DNA of 64,000 nucleotides, taken from the NCBI GenBank assembly GCA_051003195.1, contig JBPCLP010000044.1:1-64000 (forward strand), read 5' to 3'. The stretch is from Candidatus Sumerlaeaceae bacterium (GTDB lineage Bacteria; Sumerlaeota; Sumerlaeia; Sumerlaeales; Sumerlaeaceae). The notes below the pieces were generated by a model that worked only from the letters and a program-made list of their open reading frames with translations, was not told where the DNA came from and made no database searches. Positions 44,802 through 55,196 of this stretch are shown one piece after another (the stretch's first letter is position 1; each line of letters begins with the position of its first letter). Both the position numbers and the translations under genes were made by a program.

Positions 44802-45785
44802 ATGCGCATGAATCCAATCGGCAAAACTACCATCCAGGTCAGCGAGTATGGCCTCGGCACCTGGGCCATGGGCGGGGGCATCTATGGTATGGCCGACGAC
44901 GCCGAATCCATCCGCACCATCCACCGCGCGGGCGAGCTCGGCGTCAACTTCCTCGACACCGCTCCCATGTACGGCATTGGCGACCTTGCGGACGGCCGCG
45001 CCGAGCGCGTCGTCGGCGAGGCGGTCGCCGGCCAGCGCGAGCGCTGGGTTATCGCCACCAAGTACGGCCGTCACCTCAACGGCAACGCCGAGTGGTGGAA
45101 CATGCGCGAAGACTACTCCGGCGCGCAGGCCATCCGCAGCGTCGAGGAATCGCTACAGCGTATGCGCACCGATTACATCGACATGCTCTTCGTCCACTCC
45201 CCACCTTCCGCGCTCTTTAATGCCGAGGACGCTTTCGCCGCCATGACCCAGTTGAAGCAGCAAGGCAAAATCCGCGCGGTAGGCTTCAGCTTCTGGGAAA
45301 ATGTTGCCGACACGCTGCCCCAGGTCGAACAGTTCCTGCGCTCGGGCGTCATCGATGCGGTGCAGGCGAAGGTCAGCCTGCTCGTGCATGAAGCGCTCAG
45401 CACGCTGTTCCCCGTCGTGCGCGAATCCGGCACCGCCGTCGTCGCACGCGAATCCCTTGCGCAGGGTTTCCTCACCGATTCCTTCGGCCCCGACGGCCCG
45501 TTCGTCGAGCAGGACTTCAAGGCCTCGATGCCGCGCGAGGAAGTCGCCCGCCGGCTCGACCGCGCCAACCAGTTCCGCTTTCTCGCCCGCCAGCTTCCAG
45601 CAATCAACAGCCTGCCCGAAGCGGCCCTGCACTGGGCCCTCTCGCATCCCGAGGTCACCAGCGTCATTCCCGGCGCCAAGTCCGTCCAGGAACTCGAGCA
45701 GTGCCTTGCCGCCCAATCGTCCGACCACTTCCCCGACGAGATCATGCAACGCGCGCGCGGTATGCAGCTCGCATGGCCCGACTGA
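44802..45785 (+). CDS. Aldo/keto reductase
   Basis: GLGTW, DTAPMYG, ATK, SLQRMRTDYID, IPGAKS. Confidence 0.93.
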   Translation: MRMNPIGKTTIQVSEYGLGTWAMGGGIYGMADDAESIRTIHRAGELGVNFLDTAPMYGIGDLADGRAERVVGEAVAGQRERWVIATKYGRHLNGNAEWWNMREDYSGAQAIRSVEESLQRMRTDYIDMLFVHSPPSALFNAEDAFAAMTQLKQQGKIRAVGFSFWENVADTLPQVEQFLRSGVIDAVQAKVSLLVHEALSTLFPVVRESGTAVVARESLAQGFLTDSFGPDGPFVEQDFKASMPREEVARRLDRANQFRFLARQLPAINSLPEAALHWALSHPEVTSVIPGAKSVQELEQCLAAQSSDHFPDEIMQRARGMQLAWPD

Positions 45786-45787
45786 CG

Positions 45788-46468
45788 GTGCATCCGTCCC
45801 TCAAGCCGTTTGTTTCCGCGCTACGCGATGGAACCCCGCAGAAAGTCGTCATGTTCGGCGACAGCATCACCTTCGGCAGCCAGGTCGATCCCGCATTCGA
45901 CCACGACATCGTCTTTCATCGCCAGTGGGCCGACCAGCTTCGCGAGCGCTGGCCCGCTGCAAATCTCGAAGTCATAAACCGCGGCGTGCCCGGCAACAAA
46001 ATCGCCGACGCACTCGCCCGCTTTGAGAGCGATGTCGTCGCGCACTCGCCCCATCTCGTCGTGGTCGAGTTCGGCATCAACGACTGCTGGAGCGGACCCG
46101 ACGGCGGCGACGCCTACGAAGCGGGTCTCCGGCAGCTGGTCACCCAGCTGAAAACCGGCACCACCGCTCCTATCATCCTGCTCACCGCCAACATGATGAA
46201 TTTCGGGGTCACCCCGCAAGCCCTTCAACACGCGTGGTTCGCCGAGGTTTCCGCCAACGCCCAGAAGTCCGGATGGATGGACGACTACATGAACCGCATG
46301 CGCCGCGTCGCCACGCAACTGGACGTCTGCCTGGCCGACGGCTACGCGAAATACCAGCACGCCCGCGCCCGGGGGCTCGACACCGACACGCTGCTTGCCA
46401 ACGGCGCGAACCATCCCAACGAGCAAGGGCACGGCATCCTCGCCGATGCGCTGCTCGAGGTTTTCTGA
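45788..46468 (+). CDS. SGNH/GDSL hydrolase
   Basis: GDSIT, NRGVPG, FGIND, NHPN; GTG start just after the AKR stop. Confidence 0.88.
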   Translation: MHPSLKPFVSALRDGTPQKVVMFGDSITFGSQVDPAFDHDIVFHRQWADQLRERWPAANLEVINRGVPGNKIADALARFESDVVAHSPHLVVVEFGINDCWSGPDGGDAYEAGLRQLVTQLKTGTTAPIILLTANMMNFGVTPQALQHAWFAEVSANAQKSGWMDDYMNRMRRVATQLDVCLADGYAKYQHARARGLDTDTLLANGANHPNEQGHGILADALLEVF

Positions 46469-46538
46469 TACTTCAGTGCTTGCAGGTCTCGCGGGATGAG
46501 CGGCGGATTGGAATCCTAGACACGAAGGAGGCACTCAA

Positions 46539-46649
46539 ATGGGTGACAAGGGCGGCAAAAAAGACAAGGCCAAGGACCAGAAGCAAAAGGCCCACGAGCA
46601 CGAGCAGAAGGAAAAGGAAAAGCGCGACAAACAGCATAAGCCTGTGTAG
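46539..46649 (+). CDS. 36-aa highly charged small protein (absent from ORF track)
   Basis: MGDKGGKKDKAKDQKQKAHEHEQKEKEKRDKQHKPV; AAGGAGG RBS 7 nt upstream. Confidence 0.72.
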   Translation: MGDKGGKKDKAKDQKQKAHEHEQKEKEKRDKQHKPV

Positions 46650-46754
46650 GAGTCTTCCCGGGGAAATTAAGTAGCGCGAAGTTTAGCGCGCGCAAGCGCC
46701 GCGTTAGGTGCTGCTGCGCGGGCGGCGATTGCCGGGACAGCGTCGCGGTCGCGG

Positions 46755-47129
46755 CTATTCTACCTGGGCCGGCTTGACGCCCTGCATATTTTCTCCGCAC
46801 CACATGCACCTGGTCCGGTCGCCGCCGGAGAACCGATCGCACTTCGGGCACTGGCGGCGCAGCCGGAACATGTCGCGCCGGCCGTCAACCCGGCCGTCCT
46901 CGGCATCGACGGTGGCCAACAGTTTGAGGAATTCCTGCTCGGTGAAGCGGCCGGAATCTATCAGCATGCGCAGCAGCGTTTCCACCGTGAGTTCCAGCGC
47001 GCCGAGGCGCATTTCGAGCCGTTCTGCTGCACCAGCTGCGGAAGTGGCCGTTGCCTTGGCGGACGCCGCGTCGGCGGAGGCCATCGTATTCTGGTGCATC
47101 GTGTGGGCGAGAAGTATATATTCGATCAT
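46755..47129 (-). CDS. Hypothetical protein with C-terminal zinc ribbon
   Basis: Coiled coil, DAEDGRVDG, CPKC...CMWCG. Confidence 0.75.
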   Translation of the reverse strand: MIEYILLAHTMHQNTMASADAASAKATATSAAGAAERLEMRLGALELTVETLLRMLIDSGRFTEQEFLKLLATVDAEDGRVDGRRDMFRLRRQCPKCDRFSGGDRTRCMWCGENMQGVKPAQVE

Positions 47130-47369
47130 GATTAGCGCAGGTCTGTGATGACTGCCGTGTTAAAGCTCAATCTAAATCTGGCAAAATGAGTCATATAGTG
47201 CTTTGGCATCCCCCCGCAATTGTGCGTGGCGCGGAGCCCGCAATCCCTTCATCGGCGTTTCAATCGACCGGCGCGCTGACGTGCGCAGCGCGGACGGCCT
47301 TCGGAGGTTGACACTGAAGCGCGCTTAACTTGTGATTCGTGTAGCTCATCACTCGGGGGAGGCGGTTCC

Positions 47370-48653
47370 ATGCTTTCAAAGAAAACCAGGTCCGGCTTGT
47401 TGCATGTTTTGGTACTTACCGGCGGACTATTGTCCATTACGCCGGAGGCGAACGCATTGGCGATTTATGCTATCACCGGCTCAAACGAACTTTATATTTT
47501 CGATCATACCGCGCCGGGGGTTTCTCTGTACAGTTCCATCCCCGATCAAGGATTCATCCCGATTGTGGGACTTCAGCCGGGCGAAGCGCTCGTTGGCATC
47601 GATTTTCGCCCCAGCACTGGCGAGCTGTATGGAATAGGCAACACCAGCCGGCTATACAAAATTAATGTGCAGCTCGTGACGCCTCCCGCCACGGCTTTGG
47701 CAATTGCGGTAAGCAGCACGCCGTTCCCGGTGCTTCTTTCCGGAACGAGATTCGGCGTCGATTTTAATCCGGTCGTGGATCGTGTCCGGGTTGTGAGCAA
47801 TGCTGAGCAGAATCTTCGCATCAATCCATTCACTGGCACGCTCGCAGCGAATGATGCAGCCATTAATCCTGCGGGAAACCTTGTCGAGGTTGCCTACGAT
47901 CGCAGCTTCGCCGGCACAACCTCCACGACGCTTTTCGCGCTGGACTCGACCAGCAACCAGCTCATGCGCATCGGCAGCGTAAATCAATCGCCCATATCCC
48001 CCAACACGGGTACAACCACAGCGATTGGCCCACTGGGCGTGGATTTTATTTCACAGGCGGCACTCGACTTTGCGGGACCGACCCTGTTTGCGATCCTGAG
48101 AGTTGGCACCGCGACGCACCTCTATACCGTGAATACGGCAACCGGGGCTGCAACCGTTTCGGGCGCGACGGTGCTGGATAACCCGCTCATCATCGGAATG
48201 GCCGTCGCCCCACAACTCGCCGCTATTTCGAAGAAAAGTATTAAGCTCAATTTTGCAAAGACAGACAGTGACTCGATCAGTGTAACGGGTGCCTTGCAAC
48301 TGCCGACCGGATTTTTGTTCACCGCCGCCAACCAGACAGCGGTCCTCAATATTGGCGGTATTACCAGGACTTTCCTCCTCGACGAAAAGGGGAAAGCAAA
48401 AATTGGTTTCGACAGCCTGGCCGTCACCGTGAAAGAGAAGAACGGAGTACGTACGGCCACCTTTAAGGCATCGTTAAAAAAGGGCAACTTTGCGGCGTCG
48501 CTTGTCGATGAAGGCCTCGTTAATGCAGATCTGAGCGACGTGCCCGTACAGGTGGAAGTATCGCTCTATGTTACCAACACCTATTTCCACGGTAGCGAAA
48601 GCCTTCCATGGACTTACGATGGCAAGGCGGGCAAGAGCGGCAAAGCGAAATAA
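47370..48653 (+). CDS. Secreted DUF4394-like beta-propeller protein with extra C-terminal domain
   Basis: GIDFRPSTGELYG, GVDFNPVVDRVRVV, QNLRIN; signal peptide. Confidence 0.8.
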   Translation: MLSKKTRSGLLHVLVLTGGLLSITPEANALAIYAITGSNELYIFDHTAPGVSLYSSIPDQGFIPIVGLQPGEALVGIDFRPSTGELYGIGNTSRLYKINVQLVTPPATALAIAVSSTPFPVLLSGTRFGVDFNPVVDRVRVVSNAEQNLRINPFTGTLAANDAAINPAGNLVEVAYDRSFAGTTSTTLFALDSTSNQLMRIGSVNQSPISPNTGTTTAIGPLGVDFISQAALDFAGPTLFAILRVGTATHLYTVNTATGAATVSGATVLDNPLIIGMAVAPQLAAISKKSIKLNFAKTDSDSISVTGALQLPTGFLFTAANQTAVLNIGGITRTFLLDEKGKAKIGFDSLAVTVKEKNGVRTATFKASLKKGNFAASLVDEGLVNADLSDVPVQVEVSLYVTNTYFHGSESLPWTYDGKAGKSGKAK

Positions 48654-48731
48654 GGGCGAACTCCTTGCGCAGGTCCGCTGGCGGCCGGAGCTGGATGCGG
48701 ATCGACCCGTGAACCGGCACCCGGGTGGCGG

Positions 48732-49646
48732 CTAGCCCTTGATGCCGGTGAGCGTGACGCCCTCGATGAAGTATTTCTGCGCGGAGAAGAAGAGGACCAG
48801 CACGGGCAGCGTCATGATGGTGGCGGCGGCCATCATAAGGCCCCATTGCGTGAGGTGGAGAACTTTGAACATCTGTAGTCCCATGGCCATGGTGAGCATG
48901 TCGGCGCGGTTGATGTAGACGAGCGGCCCCACGAAGTCGTTCCAGGTATTGAGGAACTGGAAGATCAGGATGGCGATGAGCGCGGGTTTGAGGAGCGGCA
49001 ACAGGATGCGCCAGAAAATGCCGGCGTGGCTGCAGCCGTCGATCTCTGCGGCTTCTTCGAGGTCTTTTGGAATCGTGAGGAAGAACTGGCGCAGCAGGAA
49101 GATGAAGAAGGCAGTGCCAAAAAACGCGGGCACCCAAAGTGGCTTGAAGCTGTTAACCCAGCCGAGCTTCGTGAAGATGAGGAACTGCGGCATCAGGGTG
49201 ACCTGCGAAGGCAACATCATGGTGGCGAGGAGCACCGCGAAGAAGACGTTACGGCCGGGCCAGCGCAGCCGCGAGAACGCGTAAGCGGCGCATGAGCACG
49301 AGAAGCCCGTGCCGATGACCGCGAGAATAGTGACGTAGATGGTGTTCATGAGGTAGCGTGCGTAGGGCACGAACTGGAAAACTTCGGAATAGTTTTTCAA
49401 GCGGACGGGGTGTGGCCAGAACATGCCAAGGAGCGTGTCGTATTTGGAAATCTGCGCCTCGGTTTTGAGTGAGGTCGCAAACATCCCCCACGCAGGCAGT
49501 ATGAAGATTAACGTGATGACAATGAGCGCGGTCTGCTTGAGGATGCCAGGCCATGCACTTCGCCCGGGCGCGCGCATGCGTGGTTCGAAGGTGGCGAGAG
49601 CGGTGGCGGTGCCGACGGCGCGGCCCTTGTCTAGTGAACTAGACAT
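48732..49646 (-). CDS. Carbohydrate ABC transporter permease (MalG-like)
   Basis: AYAFSRL, FLLRQFF, LEEAAEIDG, WNDF. Confidence 0.92.
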   Translation of the reverse strand: MSSSLDKGRAVGTATALATFEPRMRAPGRSAWPGILKQTALIVITLIFILPAWGMFATSLKTEAQISKYDTLLGMFWPHPVRLKNYSEVFQFVPYARYLMNTIYVTILAVIGTGFSCSCAAYAFSRLRWPGRNVFFAVLLATMMLPSQVTLMPQFLIFTKLGWVNSFKPLWVPAFFGTAFFIFLLRQFFLTIPKDLEEAAEIDGCSHAGIFWRILLPLLKPALIAILIFQFLNTWNDFVGPLVYINRADMLTMAMGLQMFKVLHLTQWGLMMAAATIMTLPVLVLFFSAQKYFIEGVTLTGIKG

Positions 49647-51996
49647 CGTAGTGTACCCACCGCGGCGCCAGCTTGAACTGGATGAGGGTCAGCGCTGCAA
49701 CGATCACGAAGAGAATCCAGGCCATGGCGCAGGCCATGCCCATGTTAAAGAAACGGAAACCCTGTGTGAAGAGGTACATAAGGTAGGTCAGCATCGCGTC
49801 GCCTGGTCCAAACCCCGGCGGTGTGATAAACACGTAGGGCTGGATGAAGATCTGAAGCCAGCCAATGATGCCCATGATCACGCTGAAGAAAAGATACGGT
49901 GAAAGCATGGGAAGGGTGACGTGGATGAACTGCTTGAACGGTCCGGCGCCATCAATGGCGGCAGCCTCGTAGTAGGTGGCGGGAATGCCTTTGAGGCCGG
50001 CGAGGAAAATGATCATCGAGCTGCCGGCGGTCCAGGTGACAAGCAGGATAACGCCGAGTTTCATGAACGTGGGATCGCCAAAAAAACTGGGTGTGGGCAG
50101 TTTGAGTTTGTTGAGAATCGGCACGAGCGCCGCGCCGGTGAAGCCGGTTTCATTGTTGAGGAACCAGAGCCAGAGCACGGAAGCGGCGACGGTCGGCACA
50201 ACAACCGGGAGATAGAGCAACGTGCGGTAGATGCGGATGCCGCGAACTTCGCGATTCACGAGCAGCGCGAGACCCAGGCTGACGACAAGTCCAATGGGAA
50301 CCCCGATGATCGCCATGAAGCCGGTATTCGACAGTGATTTCCAGAATAGTGGATCGGCGCCGGCAAGTGTCTGGTAATTGCGGGCACCTACCCACCGGGC
50401 AGGGTTCAAAACATCGTAGCGGGTGAAGGAGATCATGAGAGACGCGACCATCGGCCCGAACATCAGCACGAAAAACCCGATCAACCATGGCAGTGCGAAC
50501 AGGAGCCCGGCGCGAGCCTCCGCGCGGGAGCGCATGTTCCATTTCCAGCGCGACGCTGCTCCTGCCCAGATTGCGCCACATAGTATAAGTATAGCCCCGA
50601 AGATAAGCCCGAAAGTTTTCTTTATGGAAAACACCGGGTCGGCGCTTGGCTTGAGCAGCAGATCGAGTTCACGCTGCACGGACATCTGGCCGTATTTGAG
50701 TGCCTCGCCGGGAGACTTGTTGTCGTAGAGCACGTTGTTCGTCGCGCGGGCCTGCTCGTCCCAGAGTTGGGACCCCACAGGTGTCACGGGACGGAAGCGA
50801 CAATTATCCAGGAGCGTGACATGTGCACGGAAGGCGTCGGCGATGGTCTTGGGCAGGTGTGTCTCGGCGTACTGGATCTGTAGCGTGTTGACTTTGCGCG
50901 AGCAGGAGAGGCGCGGAATGGTGAAGGATTGAGTGGTACCCACCTCGGCGGCCTTGGCCTTGTTGGCAACTTCCTGGAAGTGGATGTAACGGTCCCACGC
51001 GGCGGGAGTCGCGAGGTACTTGGTCAGGGTCCAGGCCTCGTCTGTAGCGGTGGCGTCTTTTGGTATCGCCCAGCAAAATCCGCCTGACCATGAAACGATC
51101 GGTTTACCTTCAGGGGAAGGGGGCGGTCCGACATACAGCCGCATATCCGGCCGGAACTTGGCCATGTAGTCGAGCGCTGAGTTCTCGGTGATCTGCATCG
51201 CGATGCGATTGGAGCGGAAGGGATCGGCGGCGCCTTCAGCCTGCGACGCCGTTTGAAAATCCATGATTGGTTTTGCGCCGCCAAGGCCGTCGTAGACTTC
51301 TTTCATCCATGCGAGTGCCTCGGCGATGCGGGGGTCGGCGAGCGTACAACGCGTCCCGTCGGCGCTCATAAACTCGCCGCCGTTCTGGAATCCATAAATG
51401 TATAGCCATGCGTTGCCGATCATGGGAGCGAAACCGATCTGCTGAAACTTGCCTTCTGGTGTGCGTTTGGTCAGCTTGATGGCCATTTCCTTAAGCTCGT
51501 CCCAGTTCTTCGGCGGCTCTTTGTATCCGGCCTCTTCAAGCAGGTCCATATTGCACCACAGCGCGCGACTGTCGGTATCCCATGGCAAACCATAGGTCTT
51601 GCCCTGGTACATGCACTCATCGAGGCAGGCTTTGTAGAGATCGGCGCGGTCAATGTGATCGCGTTCGTAGAGGTCATCAAGGGCGCGGAAGACACCCCTG
51701 GAAGCCCAGCCTGCCATGGTAAACCGGTCCATCCACAAAAGGTCTGGTGGTTTACCAGATACGACGGCTGTCATCAGCTTCTGGCGGTCCACACCCCCGC
51801 TTTCCTGCCCGCCGGGCGATCCACGCAAAATACGTACTTCCGGATGAGCCAGATCGTATTCCTCGAGAACACGGATCCAACCGGCGAAAGCATCCTGTTC
51901 CGGCAGTCCCCATATCTGGAGCAGTTTGCCTTCCTCGGCAGCGCAAGTAGCGGTGACGAGCAGCAGCGCGAGGCTTAATGCGAATCGTAAGCTCAT
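49639..51996 (-). CDS. Fused solute-binding protein plus MalF-like permease
   Basis: N-terminal SBP (PPDL, YGLPW) and C-terminal permease (YEAAAIDGA, HVTLPML); start MSLRF preferred. Confidence 0.88.
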   Translation of the reverse strand: MSLRFALSLALLLVTATCAAEEGKLLQIWGLPEQDAFAGWIRVLEEYDLAHPEVRILRGSPGGQESGGVDRQKLMTAVVSGKPPDLLWMDRFTMAGWASRGVFRALDDLYERDHIDRADLYKACLDECMYQGKTYGLPWDTDSRALWCNMDLLEEAGYKEPPKNWDELKEMAIKLTKRTPEGKFQQIGFAPMIGNAWLYIYGFQNGGEFMSADGTRCTLADPRIAEALAWMKEVYDGLGGAKPIMDFQTASQAEGAADPFRSNRIAMQITENSALDYMAKFRPDMRLYVGPPPSPEGKPIVSWSGGFCWAIPKDATATDEAWTLTKYLATPAAWDRYIHFQEVANKAKAAEVGTTQSFTIPRLSCSRKVNTLQIQYAETHLPKTIADAFRAHVTLLDNCRFRPVTPVGSQLWDEQARATNNVLYDNKSPGEALKYGQMSVQRELDLLLKPSADPVFSIKKTFGLIFGAILILCGAIWAGAASRWKWNMRSRAEARAGLLFALPWLIGFFVLMFGPMVASLMISFTRYDVLNPARWVGARNYQTLAGADPLFWKSLSNTGFMAIIGVPIGLVVSLGLALLVNREVRGIRIYRTLLYLPVVVPTVAASVLWLWFLNNETGFTGAALVPILNKLKLPTPSFFGDPTFMKLGVILLVTWTAGSSMIIFLAGLKGIPATYYEAAAIDGAGPFKQFIHVTLPMLSPYLFFSVIMGIIGWLQIFIQPYVFITPPGFGPGDAMLTYLMYLFTQGFRFFNMGMACAMAWILFVIVAALTLIQFKLAPRWVHYDV

Positions 51997-52131
51997 GGAA
52001 GGCAAAACGCTGGGCGCGAAAGCGGAAGCTGCAAGGCTGTTGTTTGACAGCTGCATTAAATGGAATGTCGCTGCACTGCTGGAAAAAGCATTGACGGCAT
52101 TTCCGGTCAAACTGGAGCATTCTTGCCTGTT

Positions 52132-52680
52132 ATGATGAAAAGAACTACGTGTCACTGTGCAGGTGTACGGCCCTTTAACATTGTGCTGATGGCCTGGCTG
52201 CTTATGCTATGCGCAGGCTGCTCGCAAGTCGGGGCTCCGCCGCAGCGGGCGGTAGCGGTACCGGCACCTGACCCAAACAGCTTCTCGTGGCAAAACAGTG
52301 TGCTCTCAGCGAGCGGGCGCGGAGATGCGCCAGCAGGTACCAGCTCTGCACAACGTGCGATTGCGAGCCAGAACGCGGCAAGGGTAGCAGCGCTCAAGGA
52401 CTTGAAAATTCGTGTGCGACAGCTGCCGGTCGGGCCCGACCAGACGGTCGGTTCCATCATGGATAATTATATCGGCGTGCGGCGTGCGATTGAGAAGCAG
52501 ATCCAGCGCGCCGAAGTTGTCGGGCAGCAGCCGGCGGAGGGCGGTCAGTACGAGGTCCAGGTGCAGGCGCCGCTTCAGCCGATCGCGGACATCCTGAAAA
52601 ATAATTACATCACACCAACAGATGAGTTGCCAAAACCGCCGTCGCGCGGGGACGAGCTTGGAGTACCGGCGGTAAGCTAG
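52132..52680 (+). CDS. Putative lipoprotein (LPP20/FlgP-like)
   Basis: Lipobox CAGC; ASGRG and AARVAALKDL motifs; start uncertain. Confidence 0.6.
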   Translation: MMKRTTCHCAGVRPFNIVLMAWLLMLCAGCSQVGAPPQRAVAVPAPDPNSFSWQNSVLSASGRGDAPAGTSSAQRAIASQNAARVAALKDLKIRVRQLPVGPDQTVGSIMDNYIGVRRAIEKQIQRAEVVGQQPAEGGQYEVQVQAPLQPIADILKNNYITPTDELPKPPSRGDELGVPAVS

Positions 52681-52798
52681 TGCGGTGTCCCAGAAATTCG
52701 TTTATTGGTTTTGTGTGCCGTCCGCGCTTGGATTGCTTTCAAAATATGACTAGGAAGTTCCGGGACGGCACACTAGTCAAGCCGCAGCGGAACGCACC

Positions 52799-53281
52799 AT
52801 GCGCATCGGAGTAATCTCGGACACCCACGGTTTTCTCGACAGCAGGGTGTATCATATGTTCAATGATGTGCAGCACATCCTGCACGCGGGTGACGTGGGC
52901 GATGACCGCATCCTGGATGAGCTGGAAATGATCGCGCCGGTCAACGCCGTCACGGGAAACGTGGACGGCAGCCCCACCAAGAAGCGGCAGATGAAGTGGT
53001 GCGGAACATTGTTTGGAGTGCGCATCTGCATGACACATGGACATTTGCTGGACCCTGCGGACTACAACCGCTCGGCCCTGAAGTTTTTCCAGGATGAGAA
53101 ACCGCAGGTGGTCGTCCACGGGCACTCGCATCGCGGCAAGAACGAGACGCAGGAAGGGGTGCTTTTTCTGAATCCCGGCGCAGCCTGCAAGCCGCGCTTT
53201 CGTGACGTCGCGAGTGTAGCGATTCTTGAGATTGAACCGGGCGGGCGCTACTTTGCACAGTTTCAGGAACTTGCCCGATAG
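52799..53281 (+). CDS. YfcE/MJ0936-family metallophosphoesterase
   Basis: SDTH, HAGD, GNVD, THGH, GHSH, NPG. Confidence 0.92.
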   Translation: MRIGVISDTHGFLDSRVYHMFNDVQHILHAGDVGDDRILDELEMIAPVNAVTGNVDGSPTKKRQMKWCGTLFGVRICMTHGHLLDPADYNRSALKFFQDEKPQVVVHGHSHRGKNETQEGVLFLNPGAACKPRFRDVASVAILEIEPGGRYFAQFQELAR

Positions 53282-53284
53282 GCA

Positions 53285-53776
53285 TTAGCTGCGCGTTGCG
53301 CTTGTCCCAGCGTCGCCGCCTCCGCGTCTTCCACCCCGCCAGCCATCTCCACCGCCCGCGCCAAAACCGCCTCTGCCTGCCCACCGCATTTCGGGGTATC
53401 GCTGCTGGTACTTCTCCAATTGGTCGGCAGTGAGCAGGGCACGTACACCTTCTGCGCGGTCGCGAGGGCTGGTGGATTCACTTTCGATTTTTGCGAGTTG
53501 GCCGATCTGTGCATTGCTCAATCCGAGTGATGCCCGGAAGAGGTCCTCGGCCTGCTGCTGGCGCGCCTGAACGGCTTTTTCGCGCTCTCGCAACTGGACG
53601 AGAATTTCCGGCTTCACCTTCGTTGGGATCGGCTTTTCGTTCTGCAAGCCTGCGGGTCCGGCAAAGCGGTAGAGCCCAAAGCCAACACCGCAGATCAACA
53701 TGGCGGCAATTGCAGCTGCCCAGAATTTGCCATGGCCGGATTGCTCACCAATGTCACTCGCATGAATGCTTGGCAT
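53285..53776 (-). CDS. Membrane-anchored hypothetical protein with Gly/Arg-rich tail
   Basis: One TM helix, helical body with LTADQ..KY motif, RGG tail. Confidence 0.65.
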   Translation of the reverse strand: MPSIHASDIGEQSGHGKFWAAAIAAMLICGVGFGLYRFAGPAGLQNEKPIPTKVKPEILVQLREREKAVQARQQQAEDLFRASLGLSNAQIGQLAKIESESTSPRDRAEGVRALLTADQLEKYQQRYPEMRWAGRGGFGAGGGDGWRGGRRGGGDAGTSATRS

Positions 53777-53945
53777 TTAAGCACCTTTCAGCGCGACGAA
53801 GCACGCTATTGTGCGGCTTGAATCGACCAGCACAATGACCGGACGGCGCGAGAACCAAGTCGCGAAATTGATTACCGGTCTGCTGTTAGTGCATTCCGGA
53901 AAATGCATACAGATGTGGTTTTAGTGCTACGCCTGTGGTAAGGGC

Positions 53946-55034
53946 CTAGTTTCGGACGACCGCGACGTGTTCGAGCACGGCATTGACCTCGGCCGGTATC
54001 TGAATGTAGTTAGAGGATTGTTTAATTGCGTTGTCCGGATCTTTCAATCCATGGCCGGTGAGTACGCAGACGACCTGGATTTTGCGTCCAGCGCGCGCGG
54101 TCGATTGGTCTTCGTGGAAGTACCCGCTCCGGGCGAGTTTCAACAGGCCTGCGATGCCAGCAGCACTGGCGGGTTCGCAAAACGTACCCTCCGTACGCGC
54201 CAGGAGATCATAGGCGTCGAGGATTTCCTGATCGCTGACCATATCGATGAGACCGCCACTGGAATCGCGTGCCTCTTCCGCAAACTTCCAGCTGGCAGGA
54301 TTACCAATTCGAATGGCCGTGGCGACGGTTTCCGGGTTGGGTACAACCTCGCGACGGACAATTGGAGCGGCGCCTTCTGCCTGGAATCCCATCATCCTTG
54401 GAATACGGCTGCTCTTACCCGCTTCAACATATTGCCGATATCCGCGCCAATACGCGGTGATGTTGCCGGCGTTGCCGACGGGGATAAAGTGGTAATCGGG
54501 CGCATCGCCCAGGGCATCGACGACTTCGAACGCGCCGCTCTTCTGGCCTTCGAGGCGATACGGGTTTACTGAATTCACGAGGGTAATGGGATAATTGCTC
54601 GTGATTTCCCGTACCATGCGCAGCGCATCGTCGAAGTTGCCCTGCACCGCGAACACCTTTGCGCCGTGCATGAGGGCTTGTGCCATTTTGCCGAGCGCAA
54701 TATTGCCATCCGGAATGATAACGATACATTCCATGCCCGCGCGGGCTGCATATGCGGCCGCGCTGGCTGAGGTGTTGCCCGTGCTTGCACACATGATGGC
54801 CTTGCTGCCGGACTCGGCTGCCCGGCTTACGGCCATGGTCATACCACGATCCTTAAAGGATCCGGTGGGGTTAAGTCCCTCGTATTTCAGGAGAACCTCA
54901 AAGTTGGGTCCGAGTTCTTCTGATAATCCGGGTGCGGGGATCAGGGGGGTGTTGCCTTCGCAAAGAGTTACCACCGGCGTCTTCTCGTGCACATCGAGGT
55001 ATTGCCGGTACTGGTGGATGATGCCACGCCACAT
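53946..55034 (-). CDS. thrC: Threonine synthase
   Basis: [43 protein letters not shown]. Confidence 0.96.
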   Translation of the reverse strand: MWRGIIHQYRQYLDVHEKTPVVTLCEGNTPLIPAPGLSEELGPNFEVLLKYEGLNPTGSFKDRGMTMAVSRAAESGSKAIMCASTGNTSASAAAYAARAGMECIVIIPDGNIALGKMAQALMHGAKVFAVQGNFDDALRMVREITSNYPITLVNSVNPYRLEGQKSGAFEVVDALGDAPDYHFIPVGNAGNITAYWRGYRQYVEAGKSSRIPRMMGFQAEGAAPIVRREVVPNPETVATAIRIGNPASWKFAEEARDSSGGLIDMVSDQEILDAYDLLARTEGTFCEPASAAGIAGLLKLARSGYFHEDQSTARAGRKIQVVCVLTGHGLKDPDNAIKQSSNYIQIPAEVNAVLEHVAVVRN

Positions 55035-55196
55035 CACGATGTAAACCTGCTCCGAGCTATGCGGTCTGGGCGCGTGGCGAACGCGCACACCGTGTCAGCC
55101 GCATGCTGTATCAGAGATAAGTCCGGCTGCAAAAGATGTTCATCAATCAAGTGCTAATTTTAAATCAGACCGACCGATGGAAGCTGCGGGTTCTGA

